Source: Candidatus Thalassarchaeaceae archaeon (GTDB lineage Archaea > Thermoplasmatota > Poseidoniia > Poseidoniales > Thalassarchaeaceae). Taken from it: DNA of 64,000 nt. The stretch covers positions 13,732 through 77,731 of the forward strand of contig JASMLH010000002.1 in NCBI GenBank assembly GCA_030748775.1, written 5' to 3'. The notes below the pieces were generated by a model. It was not told the DNA's origin. It did not search any database and saw only the letters and a program-made list of their open reading frames with translations. Below are positions 39,899-49,424 of the stretch, piece by piece. The position numbers and the translations under genes were made by a program. Each line of letters starts with the position of its first letter. Position 1 is the first letter of the stretch.

Positions 39899-40717
39899 GT
39901 GCAGAGGAGGAGGAGGAGCAAGCCCGCGCCAAAGGACGTTTTTGGCGGTTCTCAACCCTCTCAGCCAGCAAAGGCGACAACTAGGTCCCGACCCCCTCTA
40001 CCCTCGAGACCCCTCTCCAAGATTACTGCTCCAACCGCCCCCGGCGCCAAGGCCAAGGTCGAACAAAAGCCCACCCCGGTGAAACCCGAGGTCCACGAGC
40101 CAACTCAGGATCCAGTTGAGGAAATCATTGAGACAATAGATGAATCTGAAGAGAAGGTGGAAGCAGAAACCCAAGAGGAAATTCTTGAGGAGCAGCTTCT
40201 AGGAAAACAGCCTAAGAAGACACTAGGTTTGATGAAGAAAAAGCCCGAAAAGGTGGAACCCGCAGTTACCGTAGAAAAAACCACTACCTCAACCAGTCAG
40301 AAGGCTAGGGAACTGATAGAGAGCAGCATTCTTCGTGCCTCTAAACCAGTGGTGTCTGTAACTACTGAGCCCGCAAAGAAGGCTGAAACGCCAATAGCCA
40401 AGCCAGAAGTCAAGCCAAAAACCCAGAGGAAATTCAGAAACAGAGTCTCTTCATACCAACCTGCAAACCGAGCTAGGAGACTGGACAGGAGCAGGCACAT
40501 GGAGTACAAATACGAAATGAGAGGAGTCCTGGTCGATATCGGAGTTCCCGAAGAGCATCGCTCAAATCTACTTGCTACCATTTGGGCCAGAGGAGAGAGG
40601 CAGACCACTAAGGATGCCAAGGACTTCATCGTGGAGAAGATGGATGAGGGCATTATTGACGACGAGCAGCACGACAAACTGGTCAAGATCGTCGATGGCT
40701 ACACTGTTAGACGATGA
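39899..40717 (+). CDS. Hypothetical protein with a disordered N-terminus and helical C-terminal domain
   Basis: P/K/E/T-rich region of about 180 aa followed by a roughly 85-aa globular domain; GTG start. Confidence 0.75.
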   Translation: MQRRRRSKPAPKDVFGGSQPSQPAKATTRSRPPLPSRPLSKITAPTAPGAKAKVEQKPTPVKPEVHEPTQDPVEEIIETIDESEEKVEAETQEEILEEQLLGKQPKKTLGLMKKKPEKVEPAVTVEKTTTSTSQKARELIESSILRASKPVVSVTTEPAKKAETPIAKPEVKPKTQRKFRNRVSSYQPANRARRLDRSRHMEYKYEMRGVLVDIGVPEEHRSNLLATIWARGERQTTKDAKDFIVEKMDEGIIDDEQHDKLVKIVDGYTVRR

Positions 40718-40758
40718 ACATCAGAATGGTTCTTGTCCGTGTGCTTAGTGGGGAGTTC

Positions 40759-42276
40759 ATGCCGAATCGGGGAAAAGAGGACGCACCAGCAGGCTCTCCA
40801 CCATACCGTCGTGGAATACATGCTGGAATGTACAGGGACAGGCTATGGACCATGCGGCAATATGCCGGATTCTCTACTCCAGCGAAGACCAACGAACGAT
40901 TCAGGTCACTCCTCGATGGAGGCCAAACAGGAATCTCAGTAGCGTTCGACCTACCAACCCAATTGGGACTCGACTCCGATGACCACCAATCAACTGGTGA
41001 GGTGGGGAAGGTAGGCGTCGCAATCGACTCAATCCATGACATGAGGGTCTTATTTGATGGAATAGATCTGGCGAGAGTTTCCACCTCTATGACGATAAAT
41101 GCGCCTGCAACAACTCTCCTCGCACTCTATGTGGCCGTCGCAGACGAGAGGGGCGTCCGCAGGGAAGAGATATCCGGAACAGTGCAGAATGACATACTCA
41201 AGGAATATATGGCCAGAGGCCTATACGTATACCCTCCAGAGCAGTCAGTGAGACTCACTACTGACCTGATGAACTGGTGCTCTTCACACGCACCCCGATG
41301 GAACACAATATCCGTCAGTGGATACCACCTGAGAGAAGCAGGATGCACTGCTGCACAGGAGGTGGGAATGACTTTGTCCAATGCGTTATTTTATGCCCGG
41401 AGCGCAATAGATTCTGGAATGGAATTTGACCAATTCGCCCCAAGGATGTCATTCTTCTTCGCATGCCACAACAACTTCCTCGAAGAAATTGCAAAGTTTC
41501 GTGCAGCCAGGGAGCTCTGGCATAGATTGGCTCATGATGAATTCGGTCCATCCGACGCGCGCTCATCTCAGCTGAGATTCCACACTCAGACATCAGGAGT
41601 TACTCTGACTGCACAACAGCCCCTTAACAATGCAATTCGCGTTTCATACCAGGCACTTGCGGCCGTCCTAGGAGGAACCCAATCTCTCCACACAAATAGC
41701 TACGACGAGGCCCTCGGACTCCCCACCGAGGATTCCGTAACCATAGCATTGCGAACTCAGCAGATAATCGCCGAGGAGACGGGAATCGCCTCCCACGTAG
41801 ACCCGTTGGGCGGTTCGGAGGCCGTGGAGGGACTAACCGAGAAAATCATCGCTGAGTCCCTATCGATAATCGAGAAGATTGACTCTCTTGGTGGTGCAAT
41901 GGAATGCGTAAAGTCCGGTCACCAACAAAGTATGATTCACGAGAGCGCGTGGGAGCAACTGCAGAGGGTCGAATCCGGTAGTGAGCTTGTTGTAGGTGTT
42001 AACTCGCATTCAAACGATGATGAACCTGAATTCGAGGGCATGATCATAGACCCGAAGGACGAACACAACAAGGTGGAAGAACTAGTACAGATGAAATCGA
42101 ACAGAGACGACGACCAAGTCCGCCAATCACTATCTGTACTGGAAGAAATATGCCGAGGCGATGGAAACGTAATGGACGCCCTGATTGACGCCATAAAATC
42201 TGAGGCAACTGTGGGGGAGGTCAACGGGGTTATGAGAAATGTATTCGGCACATGGATTGCTCCCAGTGGTGTTTGA
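40759..42276 (+). CDS. Methylmalonyl-CoA mutase, substrate-binding (large) subunit
   Basis: WTMRQYAGF, SVAFDLPTQ, QNDILKEY, FHTQT, SLHTNSYDEA; no B12-binding domain. Confidence 0.95.
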   Translation: MPNRGKEDAPAGSPPYRRGIHAGMYRDRLWTMRQYAGFSTPAKTNERFRSLLDGGQTGISVAFDLPTQLGLDSDDHQSTGEVGKVGVAIDSIHDMRVLFDGIDLARVSTSMTINAPATTLLALYVAVADERGVRREEISGTVQNDILKEYMARGLYVYPPEQSVRLTTDLMNWCSSHAPRWNTISVSGYHLREAGCTAAQEVGMTLSNALFYARSAIDSGMEFDQFAPRMSFFFACHNNFLEEIAKFRAARELWHRLAHDEFGPSDARSSQLRFHTQTSGVTLTAQQPLNNAIRVSYQALAAVLGGTQSLHTNSYDEALGLPTEDSVTIALRTQQIIAEETGIASHVDPLGGSEAVEGLTEKIIAESLSIIEKIDSLGGAMECVKSGHQQSMIHESAWEQLQRVESGSELVVGVNSHSNDDEPEFEGMIIDPKDEHNKVEELVQMKSNRDDDQVRQSLSVLEEICRGDGNVMDALIDAIKSEATVGEVNGVMRNVFGTWIAPSGV

Positions 42277-42277
42277 G

Positions 42278-42694
42278 ATGGGTTCGGGAAGGATTAACCA
42301 TATTGGGATAGCCACCAAATCGCTAGACCGGGCCGAACCTCTCTGGGCAGCACTAGGATTCACAGGTTCCAAGGACGAGGTAGTTGCAGAGCAAGGTGTA
42401 CGGATTCGACACATGTCCGGGTCTCAGAATACGCGAATAGAACTTCTAGAGCCAATTTCTGAAGACTCTCCAATAGGCAGGTTCATCGCGAAGAGGGGCG
42501 AAGGGATCCAACAAATTGCAGTTGACGTCTTGGATATTGAGGCCAAGATAGAAGAGCTCAAGGCAATGGGCATCAGGATGATCAACGACTCTCCCTCGGT
42601 AGGAGCCGGAGGCAGTAGGATAGCTTTCCTACACCCATCATCGTGTGGCGGGGTTCTAGTGGAACTGGTAGAAATTGGCCAGCAAGAATCATGA
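42278..42694 (+). CDS. mce: Methylmalonyl-CoA epimerase
   Basis: NHIGIA, EQGV, IELLEP, FLHP, GVLVELVE. Confidence 0.92.
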   Translation: MGSGRINHIGIATKSLDRAEPLWAALGFTGSKDEVVAEQGVRIRHMSGSQNTRIELLEPISEDSPIGRFIAKRGEGIQQIAVDVLDIEAKIEELKAMGIRMINDSPSVGAGGSRIAFLHPSSCGGVLVELVEIGQQES

Positions 42695-43016
42695 AAAGGG
42701 GACTGCAAGTCGAACTGCCATGATATCCTCCCTTTCGCGTTTCGAGTCTGTCGACGAAAGCAGCATTTCCGCAATCAGGGAGGAGGTGGACTACCTCCTC
42801 GACACACTAGAGGTTCTGAGGGCAACAAACGAAATATCGAACGACGCGTTCCTCGAGTCAGGCTCCATCCAAGGTGGTCTCACTTTGATCCTGAATCTTC
42901 TAGCCCAGGGAATACCAGACGAGGCCAACTCGCAGCTAATTCGGTTGAAGCAGAGGGCCAACTCAATCCACGAATCATTCCCAGAACTAGACGGTAAGGT
43001 TGAGGGTCTGAGATAG
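42675..43016 (+). CDS. Hypothetical helical protein
   Basis: 113-aa ORF filling the gap after mce. Confidence 0.65.
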   Translation: MASKNHEKGTASRTAMISSLSRFESVDESSISAIREEVDYLLDTLEVLRATNEISNDAFLESGSIQGGLTLILNLLAQGIPDEANSQLIRLKQRANSIHESFPELDGKVEGLR

Positions 43017-43048
43017 TATTACTCCAGTATTACTCAGATAATATTAAA
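43015..43048 (+). promoter_or_regulatory. Tandem palindromic operator plus TATA-like box upstream of the RHH/preQ0 operon
   Basis: AGTATTACTC at 43015-43024 and 43026-43035 (11-bp period), then ATATTAAA at 43041-43048. Confidence 0.6.
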
Positions 43049-43071
43049 CCACGCTGGCAATCGGCAGCCCC

Positions 43072-43242
43072 ATGCCAAAGGTCAGCTTGGACATGCCCAA
43101 CGAGATTCTTACAGATATCAAACAACATGTGGGAGATGACAAGAAGTTCGTTAGCGTTGCTGATGCTATCAGAACAGCATGCAGGAAGATGCTGGATCAA
43201 CTGGACGAGATCGATGCACGACACGGTAGGTTGGGCGATTGA
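43072..43242 (+). CDS. Ribbon-helix-helix (CopG/MetJ/Arc-type) regulator, 56 aa, absent from the ORF track
   Basis: MPKVSLDMPNEILTDIKQHVGDDKKFVSVADAIRTACRKMLDQLDEIDARHGRLGD; its stop abuts the folE ATG. Confidence 0.85.
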   Translation: MPKVSLDMPNEILTDIKQHVGDDKKFVSVADAIRTACRKMLDQLDEIDARHGRLGD

Positions 43243-43824
43243 ATGGTTAGCAGTGAAGAGGCAACGTTTGCAGTAGAAACTCTAGTACGTTACATCGAGG
43301 GTTGCGATGGAGAATTGCGTGAGGGACTTGAGAAGACACCAGTTCGTGTAATTCAGTCTCTCGAAGAGATATTTTCGGGATATGAAAAGGATGCCGAGGA
43401 AATCCTCGAATCAACATTCAACGCTGAGGGATACAATGGCATTGTACTTCTGAGGGACATGGAGTTCCACAGCACTTGTGAGCATCACCTACAGCCATTC
43501 TCAGGCAGAGGGCACATAGCATACATTCCAGTTGACAGGATTGTAGGAATCAGTAAACTAGCAAGGTTATTGGACATGCATTCCAAGAGGATGCAGAACC
43601 AAGAGAGGATAACAAAGAATGTTGCTGACGACATAGAGAGGCACCTAAAGCCCCTTGGCTGCGCTGTTATCCTTGAGGCTCAGCATGGCTGCATGCGGTG
43701 CAGAGGCGTGAAGAAGCAGAATGCCGTAATGACGACCAGTGCGATGCGAGGAGTCTTCTTTGACAGGCCCGAGGCACGTACGGAGCTACTACAGCTGATC
43801 AGAACAGCTCCTATGCAGGGGTGA
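43243..43824 (+). CDS. folE: GTP cyclohydrolase I (type IA)
   Basis: TPVRV, STCEHHLQPF, GISKLAR, QERIT, HGCMRCRGV. Confidence 0.95.
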   Translation: MVSSEEATFAVETLVRYIEGCDGELREGLEKTPVRVIQSLEEIFSGYEKDAEEILESTFNAEGYNGIVLLRDMEFHSTCEHHLQPFSGRGHIAYIPVDRIVGISKLARLLDMHSKRMQNQERITKNVADDIERHLKPLGCAVILEAQHGCMRCRGVKKQNAVMTTSAMRGVFFDRPEARTELLQLIRTAPMQG

Positions 43825-43828
43825 TGTA

Positions 43829-44425
43829 ATGCAGACATACCCTATTGTGGAGATATTCCATTCGGTTCAGGGAGAGGGGTTCCACACAGGAGTCCCTCAT
43901 GTCTTCGTAAGATTCGGAAACTGCAATCTTCGTTGCGAGTGGTGCGATACGGACTACATGACCTTCGAAGAAATGGAACTTGATGAAATCGTTGAAATCG
44001 TCATTTCATTCGGTTGTGAAAGGGTAATTTTCACCGGTGGTGAGCCTGCTATGCAAGACCTCGAGACCATCGGGAACAGACTGAAGGAGCATGGCATCCA
44101 TCTCTCAATTGAGTCAAATGGTACAATCCCCATAGATCCAGTAATAGACTGGATTTGCATCAGTCCTAAGGAACAATTGTACCCAAATGTGTCGATAAAA
44201 CAGCGTATTGGTGACGAGTTGAAGGTGGTATACTGCGGTCAGGACATGTCCATATACGATGAGTATAAGGATGGCTTCCAGCATCATTTCATTCAGCCAT
44301 GCTATATCGAGGAAGACTCCGTAGAGCAGAATGGAGTCAACTTCAGAGTGGTAGAGGACCTGGTAAAAAATAGCCATGGCTGGAGACTGAGCCTTCAGAC
44401 TCACAAGTGGATGGGGGTGCTTTGA
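43829..44425 (+). CDS. queE: 7-carboxy-7-deazaguanine synthase
   Basis: EIFHSVQGEG, CNLRCEWCDT, TGGEP, SPK, LQTHK. Confidence 0.95.
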   Translation: MQTYPIVEIFHSVQGEGFHTGVPHVFVRFGNCNLRCEWCDTDYMTFEEMELDEIVEIVISFGCERVIFTGGEPAMQDLETIGNRLKEHGIHLSIESNGTIPIDPVIDWICISPKEQLYPNVSIKQRIGDELKVVYCGQDMSIYDEYKDGFQHHFIQPCYIEEDSVEQNGVNFRVVEDLVKNSHGWRLSLQTHKWMGVL

Positions 44426-45204
44426 TGAGGGCACTAATGGCTCTCTCCGGCGGAATGGACAGCACCGCCCTGCTAATGAGGATGCTAGCCGATGGGTACG
44501 AGGTCACCTGCCTTACGTATGACTATGGTCAGAAGCACTCGGTTGAGATTCATAGAGCCAAGGCCAACATCGACTACCTACTTGCTAATGGCTTTAATGT
44601 GAGTCACATTATCATAGATCTGAACTCTGCAATGGGTTCTCTTAACTCTGCACTGACCATCGATGGGCTCGATGTTCCGGAGGGTCACTATGAGTCAGAG
44701 CAAATGAAGCAGACCGTTGTTCCAAACAGGAATGCAATATTCTCTTCTATCATGTACGGTCACGCACTTAGCATTTCAGACTCGGAGCAATCCGACGTCC
44801 TGATCGCACTAGGAGTTCATAGCGGGGATCATGAAATATATCCCGATTGCCGTCCAGAGTTCTACGAATCCCTAGAGAGCTCCTTCTCCTTAGGAAACTG
44901 GGGAAGCGAGCGAGTGTCGTTCCATCTACCGTACATTAGTGGGGACAAGACCACGATCCTAGAAGACGCACAAGATTCGATATCGCACTTGGGTCTGGAC
45001 TTCGACACCGTGTTCAGGAACACAAACACATCTTACAATCCAGACTCCAGCGGAAGGAGCTCTGGTAGGTCAGGAGCCGATGTCGAGAGGATTCTAGCAT
45101 TCCACTCAATAGGTAGGAAGGATCCTGTTCAGTACGTAGGGGGATGGGAATCAGCACTTGCCAGTGCCCAGTTGGCACAGCGGGAACACGAGGAATCAAC
45201 ATGA
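44425..45204 (+). CDS. queC: 7-cyano-7-deazaguanine synthase (variant lacking zinc cysteines)
   Basis: SGGMDS, YGQKH, VPNRN, YPDCRPEF. Confidence 0.93.
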   Translation: MRALMALSGGMDSTALLMRMLADGYEVTCLTYDYGQKHSVEIHRAKANIDYLLANGFNVSHIIIDLNSAMGSLNSALTIDGLDVPEGHYESEQMKQTVVPNRNAIFSSIMYGHALSISDSEQSDVLIALGVHSGDHEIYPDCRPEFYESLESSFSLGNWGSERVSFHLPYISGDKTTILEDAQDSISHLGLDFDTVFRNTNTSYNPDSSGRSSGRSGADVERILAFHSIGRKDPVQYVGGWESALASAQLAQREHEEST

Positions 45205-45626
45205 GCAAGGAATACCCAAGATTCGATCCTGAAAGGGATCAAGAATGGAGGGCCCGACTGACTGAACTGCAGTATCACGTAACGAGGGAATCAGGAACAG
45301 AGAGGCCGAACTCTGGAACATACTACATGGAGGACAGGATGGGGGATTACCACTGCATATGCTGCGGGCATCTCCTGTTCACATCCGAGATGAAGTACCA
45401 TTCTAGTTGCGGCTGGCCGGCATTCCACACAGAGCACCGCGATGCCGGAATTCGTAGACTTGAGGATAGGGCCTTCGGAATGCTCAGGATAGAGGTGAGA
45501 TGCGGCTCGTGCGACGCACATCTGGGTCACGTGTTCGACGACGGGCCGCAGGAGTCCGGAGGGGAAAGATACTGCATAAATTCGGCTAGCATGGATTTTA
45601 CCAGGAGTGATAACAATGACAACTAG
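45201..45626 (+). CDS. msrB: Methionine-R-sulfoxide reductase
   Basis: GTERP, CGWPAF, HLGHVFDDGP, RYCINS. Confidence 0.96.
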   Translation: MSKEYPRFDPERDQEWRARLTELQYHVTRESGTERPNSGTYYMEDRMGDYHCICCGHLLFTSEMKYHSSCGWPAFHTEHRDAGIRRLEDRAFGMLRIEVRCGSCDAHLGHVFDDGPQESGGERYCINSASMDFTRSDNNDN

Positions 45627-46062
45627 GATACGCCGATGGGTCGAGACCGATACTGGTCATAGGGTCCCAAACCACAAGAGCAAGTGCAGGCACATCCACG
45701 GTCACAGGTACAGGTGGGAAGCCGAGCTTGAGGGCGAGATTGTCACCGAAAGAGGGGTTTCCGAGGAGGGCATGCTAATGGACTTCTCTGACATCACCAA
45801 GATTCTGGTGGAGCACATACATGATGTCGTAGACCACGCATTTGTGGTCTTTGAGGAGGACATGGAGGCGAGGGAGGCGCTCTCGATGATGGGTGATGGC
45901 CACAGAACAGTTGTGGTGCCATTCATTCCCACTGCTGAGAACCTTGCGAAGTGGGCCTTCGAGCAGGTGGAGCCTCACATCAGGTCGTCATACGGAAACT
46001 CACTGAGTTTGAGGGCATTCCACGTGAGAGAAACACCCAAATCATGGGCCAGTTGGTCATAG
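45616..46062 (+). CDS. queD: 6-carboxytetrahydropterin synthase
   Basis: GHR..KCRHIHGHRY, MDFS, DH, PTAENLA, RETP. Confidence 0.92.
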   Translation: MTTRIRRWVETDTGHRVPNHKSKCRHIHGHRYRWEAELEGEIVTERGVSEEGMLMDFSDITKILVEHIHDVVDHAFVVFEEDMEAREALSMMGDGHRTVVVPFIPTAENLAKWAFEQVEPHIRSSYGNSLSLRAFHVRETPKSWASWS

Positions 46063-46071
46063 ATCCGATTT

Positions 46072-46818
46072 TCACTCAAAGGAATCTGCAGATTCCGAAA
46101 TAACCCCAATTATTCTGTGAATCTCATCGTCTTTTGGAAGACCTCTGAGTATCACCCTGAGAAGTGTCTCCTCAATCCCCTTACGCTTGTGGTCCTTGGT
46201 GGGCATAGCCTCAACCAGCCTCCTGACCTCGATCCTCAGCTTGTCCCGTAGATTCGGGTCAAGCAGCCTTCCTCCAGTGCCGCCTGGCTTGGAAGATACC
46301 GAGTTCACGTACCAAGAGAAGCAGATAATGGATACAGCATGACTCAGGTTGAGTATCGGATAACCCTCCCATGAAGGGATCGTCACGAGCAGGTCACACT
46401 TTGAAAGCTGCTCATTCAATAGGCCCTTGCCCTCGGGGCCGAACACGATAGCGACCCTGCCACCGACTCCGGATAGCCTATCTGGAAGCTCCTCGGGTAG
46501 GAGGAAATGCCTCATCGAAGTCTTGTCGCCATCCTCCCTCTTACCGGAGGTCCCTATCACTATGGAGCAGTCTGAAACCGCCTCCTCAATGGTCTCCACC
46601 TTTTTGGATGAGTCAAGCACCTCCTGGGCGTTCTTTGCCCTCCTCCGAGCCTCCTCGGACCATTCTCCTGACCTTCCCACTACCCTCAGGTCTATGATGC
46701 CGAAGTTGAGCATGGAACGTGCAACTGCACCGATGTTCCCATCGTGCTCGGGATCCACTAGAACAACACAAACGTTCTCGGAGAAAGAAGGAAGAGCACG
46801 TTCTCTCCTGTCACCCAT
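46072..46818 (-). CDS. SPOUT tRNA methyltransferase (TrmJ/LasT family)
   Basis: GNIGAVARSMLNFG, VFGPEGKGL, LNLSHAV. Confidence 0.9.
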   Translation of the reverse strand: MGDRRERALPSFSENVCVVLVDPEHDGNIGAVARSMLNFGIIDLRVVGRSGEWSEEARRRAKNAQEVLDSSKKVETIEEAVSDCSIVIGTSGKREDGDKTSMRHFLLPEELPDRLSGVGGRVAIVFGPEGKGLLNEQLSKCDLLVTIPSWEGYPILNLSHAVSIICFSWYVNSVSSKPGGTGGRLLDPNLRDKLRIEVRRLVEAMPTKDHKRKGIEETLLRVILRGLPKDDEIHRIIGVISESADSFE

Positions 46819-46854
46819 GTAATCGCGAGACCACACTAGATGATGAGTGGTGCG

Positions 46855-47046
46855 CTAGTCAACCCTGCGCTGCTTGTACCGTGTGATGTAACCGGCTATC
46901 CAGTTCCTCATTCGCTTGTTGTCAACGTCCGAGAACTCAGAAACAAGGTGCTTGTTAGTCTCGAAGTCATCAGTGAACTGGTCCGGATATGTTTCCACTA
47001 GCCTAAGGGCCCTAGTCTTGATGAATGAAGGTCTGATGTTGCCCAT
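46855..47046 (-). CDS. rps17e: 30S ribosomal protein S17e
   Basis: [25 protein letters not shown]. Confidence 0.96.
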   Translation of the reverse strand: MGNIRPSFIKTRALRLVETYPDQFTDDFETNKHLVSEFSDVDNKRMRNWIAGYITRYKQRRVD

Positions 47047-47048
47047 CG

Positions 47049-47312
47049 TTAGTCCTCCAGTAGCTTGACTTCCAGCGGGAAGCCCTCCTCACGGGTGCAG
47101 ACTACCCTGATCTTACGTGGCGGGTGCTGCATGCCCCTTGACCATATGGCGTGATTGACGGACTCGTCTATCCAGATTTCCTCGTCATCAGTCTTCTTCA
47201 TGTGCTGGGCGACGTGATTCTTGACCTCTGCCATTGCCCTTTTGGCCCTGTTTGTTCGGGGTACGCTCCACGCTGCACGGAGCGGGATGGTCATCTCCTT
47301 TGTCTCAGCCAT
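47049..47312 (-). CDS. rpl31e: 50S ribosomal protein L31e
   Basis: TIPLR..RAKRA..IWSRG..PPRKIRV. Confidence 0.95.
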   Translation of the reverse strand: MAETKEMTIPLRAAWSVPRTNRAKRAMAEVKNHVAQHMKKTDDEEIWIDESVNHAIWSRGMQHPPRKIRVVCTREEGFPLEVKLLED

Positions 47313-47316
47313 CCAA

Positions 47317-47472
47317 TCACCTCTGTAGCTTCGAGCGTCTCCACATGTGTCGCTTCGGATGAGTGTTTGTCCTGCGATTTGTCTTCATGACAACCCAAAC
47401 GGGTACTCGCTTGTTCTGCTTGGTAACCTTGTTCAGGCGCTGCTTCTTAGCAAAGGGCTTGTTTCTAGCCAT
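47317..47472 (-). CDS. rpl39e: 50S ribosomal protein L39e (absent from the ORF track)
   Basis: [51 protein letters not shown]. Confidence 0.96.
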   Translation of the reverse strand: MARNKPFAKKQRLNKVTKQNKRVPVWVVMKTNRRTNTHPKRHMWRRSKLQR

Positions 47473-47473
47473 A

Positions 47474-47944
47474 CTAGTACCCCTTCAATCCCGGATATTT
47501 CTCCTCAGCTTCGGAGCGTACAGAGTGTGCCACTTCGTCTAGGAGGCTCTGTCCCTTAGGACTGACAATCTTGCCACGATTCACGGTGCCGGCAGTGTTC
47601 ATCGAATCTATTACCAATCCTGAGTCTGATAGCTGCTGCAGAATCTTACGAGAAATATTCCTGGATCCAGCGACAGCCTTGTTCTTCTTAACGCCCCTAT
47701 CCTTTACGCCACCGTACTCCTGTGAAATTCTGTTTGCTCCTATGGGGCCCTTAACTGCGACTTTACGCAGTATCGCAGCTGCTCTGGTAAGCCACCAGTC
47801 AGCTTGCACAGGGGGTCTTTCCCTGTGAGTACCTGTCTTGACGTGTTCCGCCCAGTCTGGGGGGGATATCTTGCTCTCGCCACGCATCTTCTCGGTGAGA
47901 CCCGCAATTAGTAGGTCAGCTGGAACATCGTAGTACGTGGTCAT
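47474..47944 (-). CDS. rps19e: 30S ribosomal protein S19e
   Basis: [39 protein letters not shown]. Confidence 0.96.
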   Translation of the reverse strand: MTTYYDVPADLLIAGLTEKMRGESKISPPDWAEHVKTGTHRERPPVQADWWLTRAAAILRKVAVKGPIGANRISQEYGGVKDRGVKKNKAVAGSRNISRKILQQLSDSGLVIDSMNTAGTVNRGKIVSPKGQSLLDEVAHSVRSEAEEKYPGLKGY

Positions 47945-48070
47945 TCGGTCACCGTCCGGCCGCCCGTCCGACAGACCATATATAACCGTAATGACACGGT
48001 TTTTGTATGGCCGATCGATATCAAGCACCTCACGAAAAGCATTGAAAAAACTCGGGCCACTCCGGAATAC

Positions 48071-48871
48071 GTGAAGCGCTCTCTATCGAAGAATCCGAAC
48101 ATGCTGCGTACAATGGTTGGTACGGGCATGACGTTGATTCTGTTACTATCCTTCGCAGTATACTCGAATACAGTAGATTCAGAGTATTATGGATACACGA
48201 CCAGCAACGAGACGCTTCATATGGACCTAAATGTCGAGGAAGAGGGCACTGCTCAATGGTACTACACTACTGATGCTGCGATAACGTGGATCAACGTTTC
48301 AATAGAAGGAGCACCTCCTGACTCTTTGCTAACAGTTGAGGCAGAAGGAACAAACTGGTCCCATTCTCCAAGCCTTGGCCTGGATGACTCTGCATACATA
48401 TGCAATGAGCCTGAGAGTGACTATTCGTCGATAATTGAGACATGCGAATTCAGTCGGGTGCACACGATGGTGCTGGAAAACGGATCCGGAGTTCTGCGGG
48501 GGCGGGTTTCCCTGGATCTTCCGATTAGAGGGAAGGGGTACCTTGAGAGTGACAATCAAGAAAACGCCGAGATCGAGGCCAGGAGCCTCATTAATAGAGA
48601 GACACATATCGTTACGTGGAAGATCAAGATCGAGTCGGGTGGTGGAATTGCCTCTAGCGCTGATGTTCAGGTATCAGCATTGGTAGCTACTCACGAGTTC
48701 GTCTCAATCGAGCATTTCGAATTGGAGCCAGTGCAGGAAACTGTATACAGTATTGCTGCACTGGTCGGATGCTTCTTTCTTGCACTAGTAATCCCCCTCA
48801 TGATATACTTCTCTGCCACATACAGGGAGAGGAGGGACGAATCCCTCAGATCGAAAATTGAAGAAGAGTAG
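48071..48871 (+). CDS. Hypothetical membrane-anchored protein
   Basis: N- and C-terminal TM helices flanking an acidic beta-rich domain. Confidence 0.75.
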   Translation: MKRSLSKNPNMLRTMVGTGMTLILLLSFAVYSNTVDSEYYGYTTSNETLHMDLNVEEEGTAQWYYTTDAAITWINVSIEGAPPDSLLTVEAEGTNWSHSPSLGLDDSAYICNEPESDYSSIIETCEFSRVHTMVLENGSGVLRGRVSLDLPIRGKGYLESDNQENAEIEARSLINRETHIVTWKIKIESGGGIASSADVQVSALVATHEFVSIEHFELEPVQETVYSIAALVGCFFLALVIPLMIYFSATYRERRDESLRSKIEEE

Positions 48872-48877
48872 ACTATG

Positions 48878-49240
48878 CTATTCCGAGGGCCCCGTGTCCC
48901 AGTCAACAAGATTACTTGTGTCCAATATCCTAGCATATCCCAATTCGACAAAATTACCAATCGAAGCAATCACCCTCTCAGATACTGGAGCCACCTTCTC
49001 TGCGAATAGCCGGTCCATTTCTATGATGATGTTTCCCAGGGTATTGTCACCATTCATCAATAGCCATAGTGTAGAGTTCATCTCGTCCAATGGCCTATTG
49101 ACGGTCATCGGAGCACGTAGAATCCTAGCAATAGCAGCCTCCAGCCGCCCAAGGCGCTTTTCCGAATTTATCACTACTTTACCGCTATCATCAACATTCC
49201 ATCTTACTGGGCATCTGGTGGGAAAAGACTCTGAAATCAA
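48878..49240 (-). CDS. PqqD-like (RRE fold) protein
   Basis: LDEMNSTLWLLMNGDNTLGNII..F..V..F..LGY pattern. Confidence 0.65.
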   Translation of the reverse strand: MISESFPTRCPVRWNVDDSGKVVINSEKRLGRLEAAIARILRAPMTVNRPLDEMNSTLWLLMNGDNTLGNIIIEMDRLFAEKVAPVSERVIASIGNFVELGYARILDTSNLVDWDTGPSE

Positions 49241-49244
49241 AGAA

Positions 49245-49424
49245 TCACATCCTTAGGATAGTTGAGAATAGCCAAAAGGAAGATGTTACGCCAACAATGG
49301 CCCAGAACCTGACCTTGAAATCACTCGAATTAGTGTTAGAGCTCCACCATGTCATTAGTCCACAAAACGACATCATAGCAAGTGCGTATGCGCCATCGGT
49401 CGGTAAGACTTCAGACACTGTCAT
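49245..49424 (-). CDS. Small two-TM protein, 59 aa (absent from the ORF track)
   Basis: MTVSEVLPTDGAYALAMMSFCGLMTWWSS..FWAIVGVTSSFWLFSTILRM; ATGA overlap with the upstream gene, and it fills the gap exactly. Confidence 0.6.
   Translation of the reverse strand: MTVSEVLPTDGAYALAMMSFCGLMTWWSSNTNSSDFKVRFWAIVGVTSSFWLFSTILRM

Noticed and set aside
40520..40575. LVDIGVPEEH resembling the RNAP N-terminal domain (LIELGIAEEH)
   Set aside because: The similarity covers about 10 residues and does not extend.
43030..43224. 64-aa minus-strand ORF
   Set aside because: Antisense to the better-supported RHH gene at 43072-43242.
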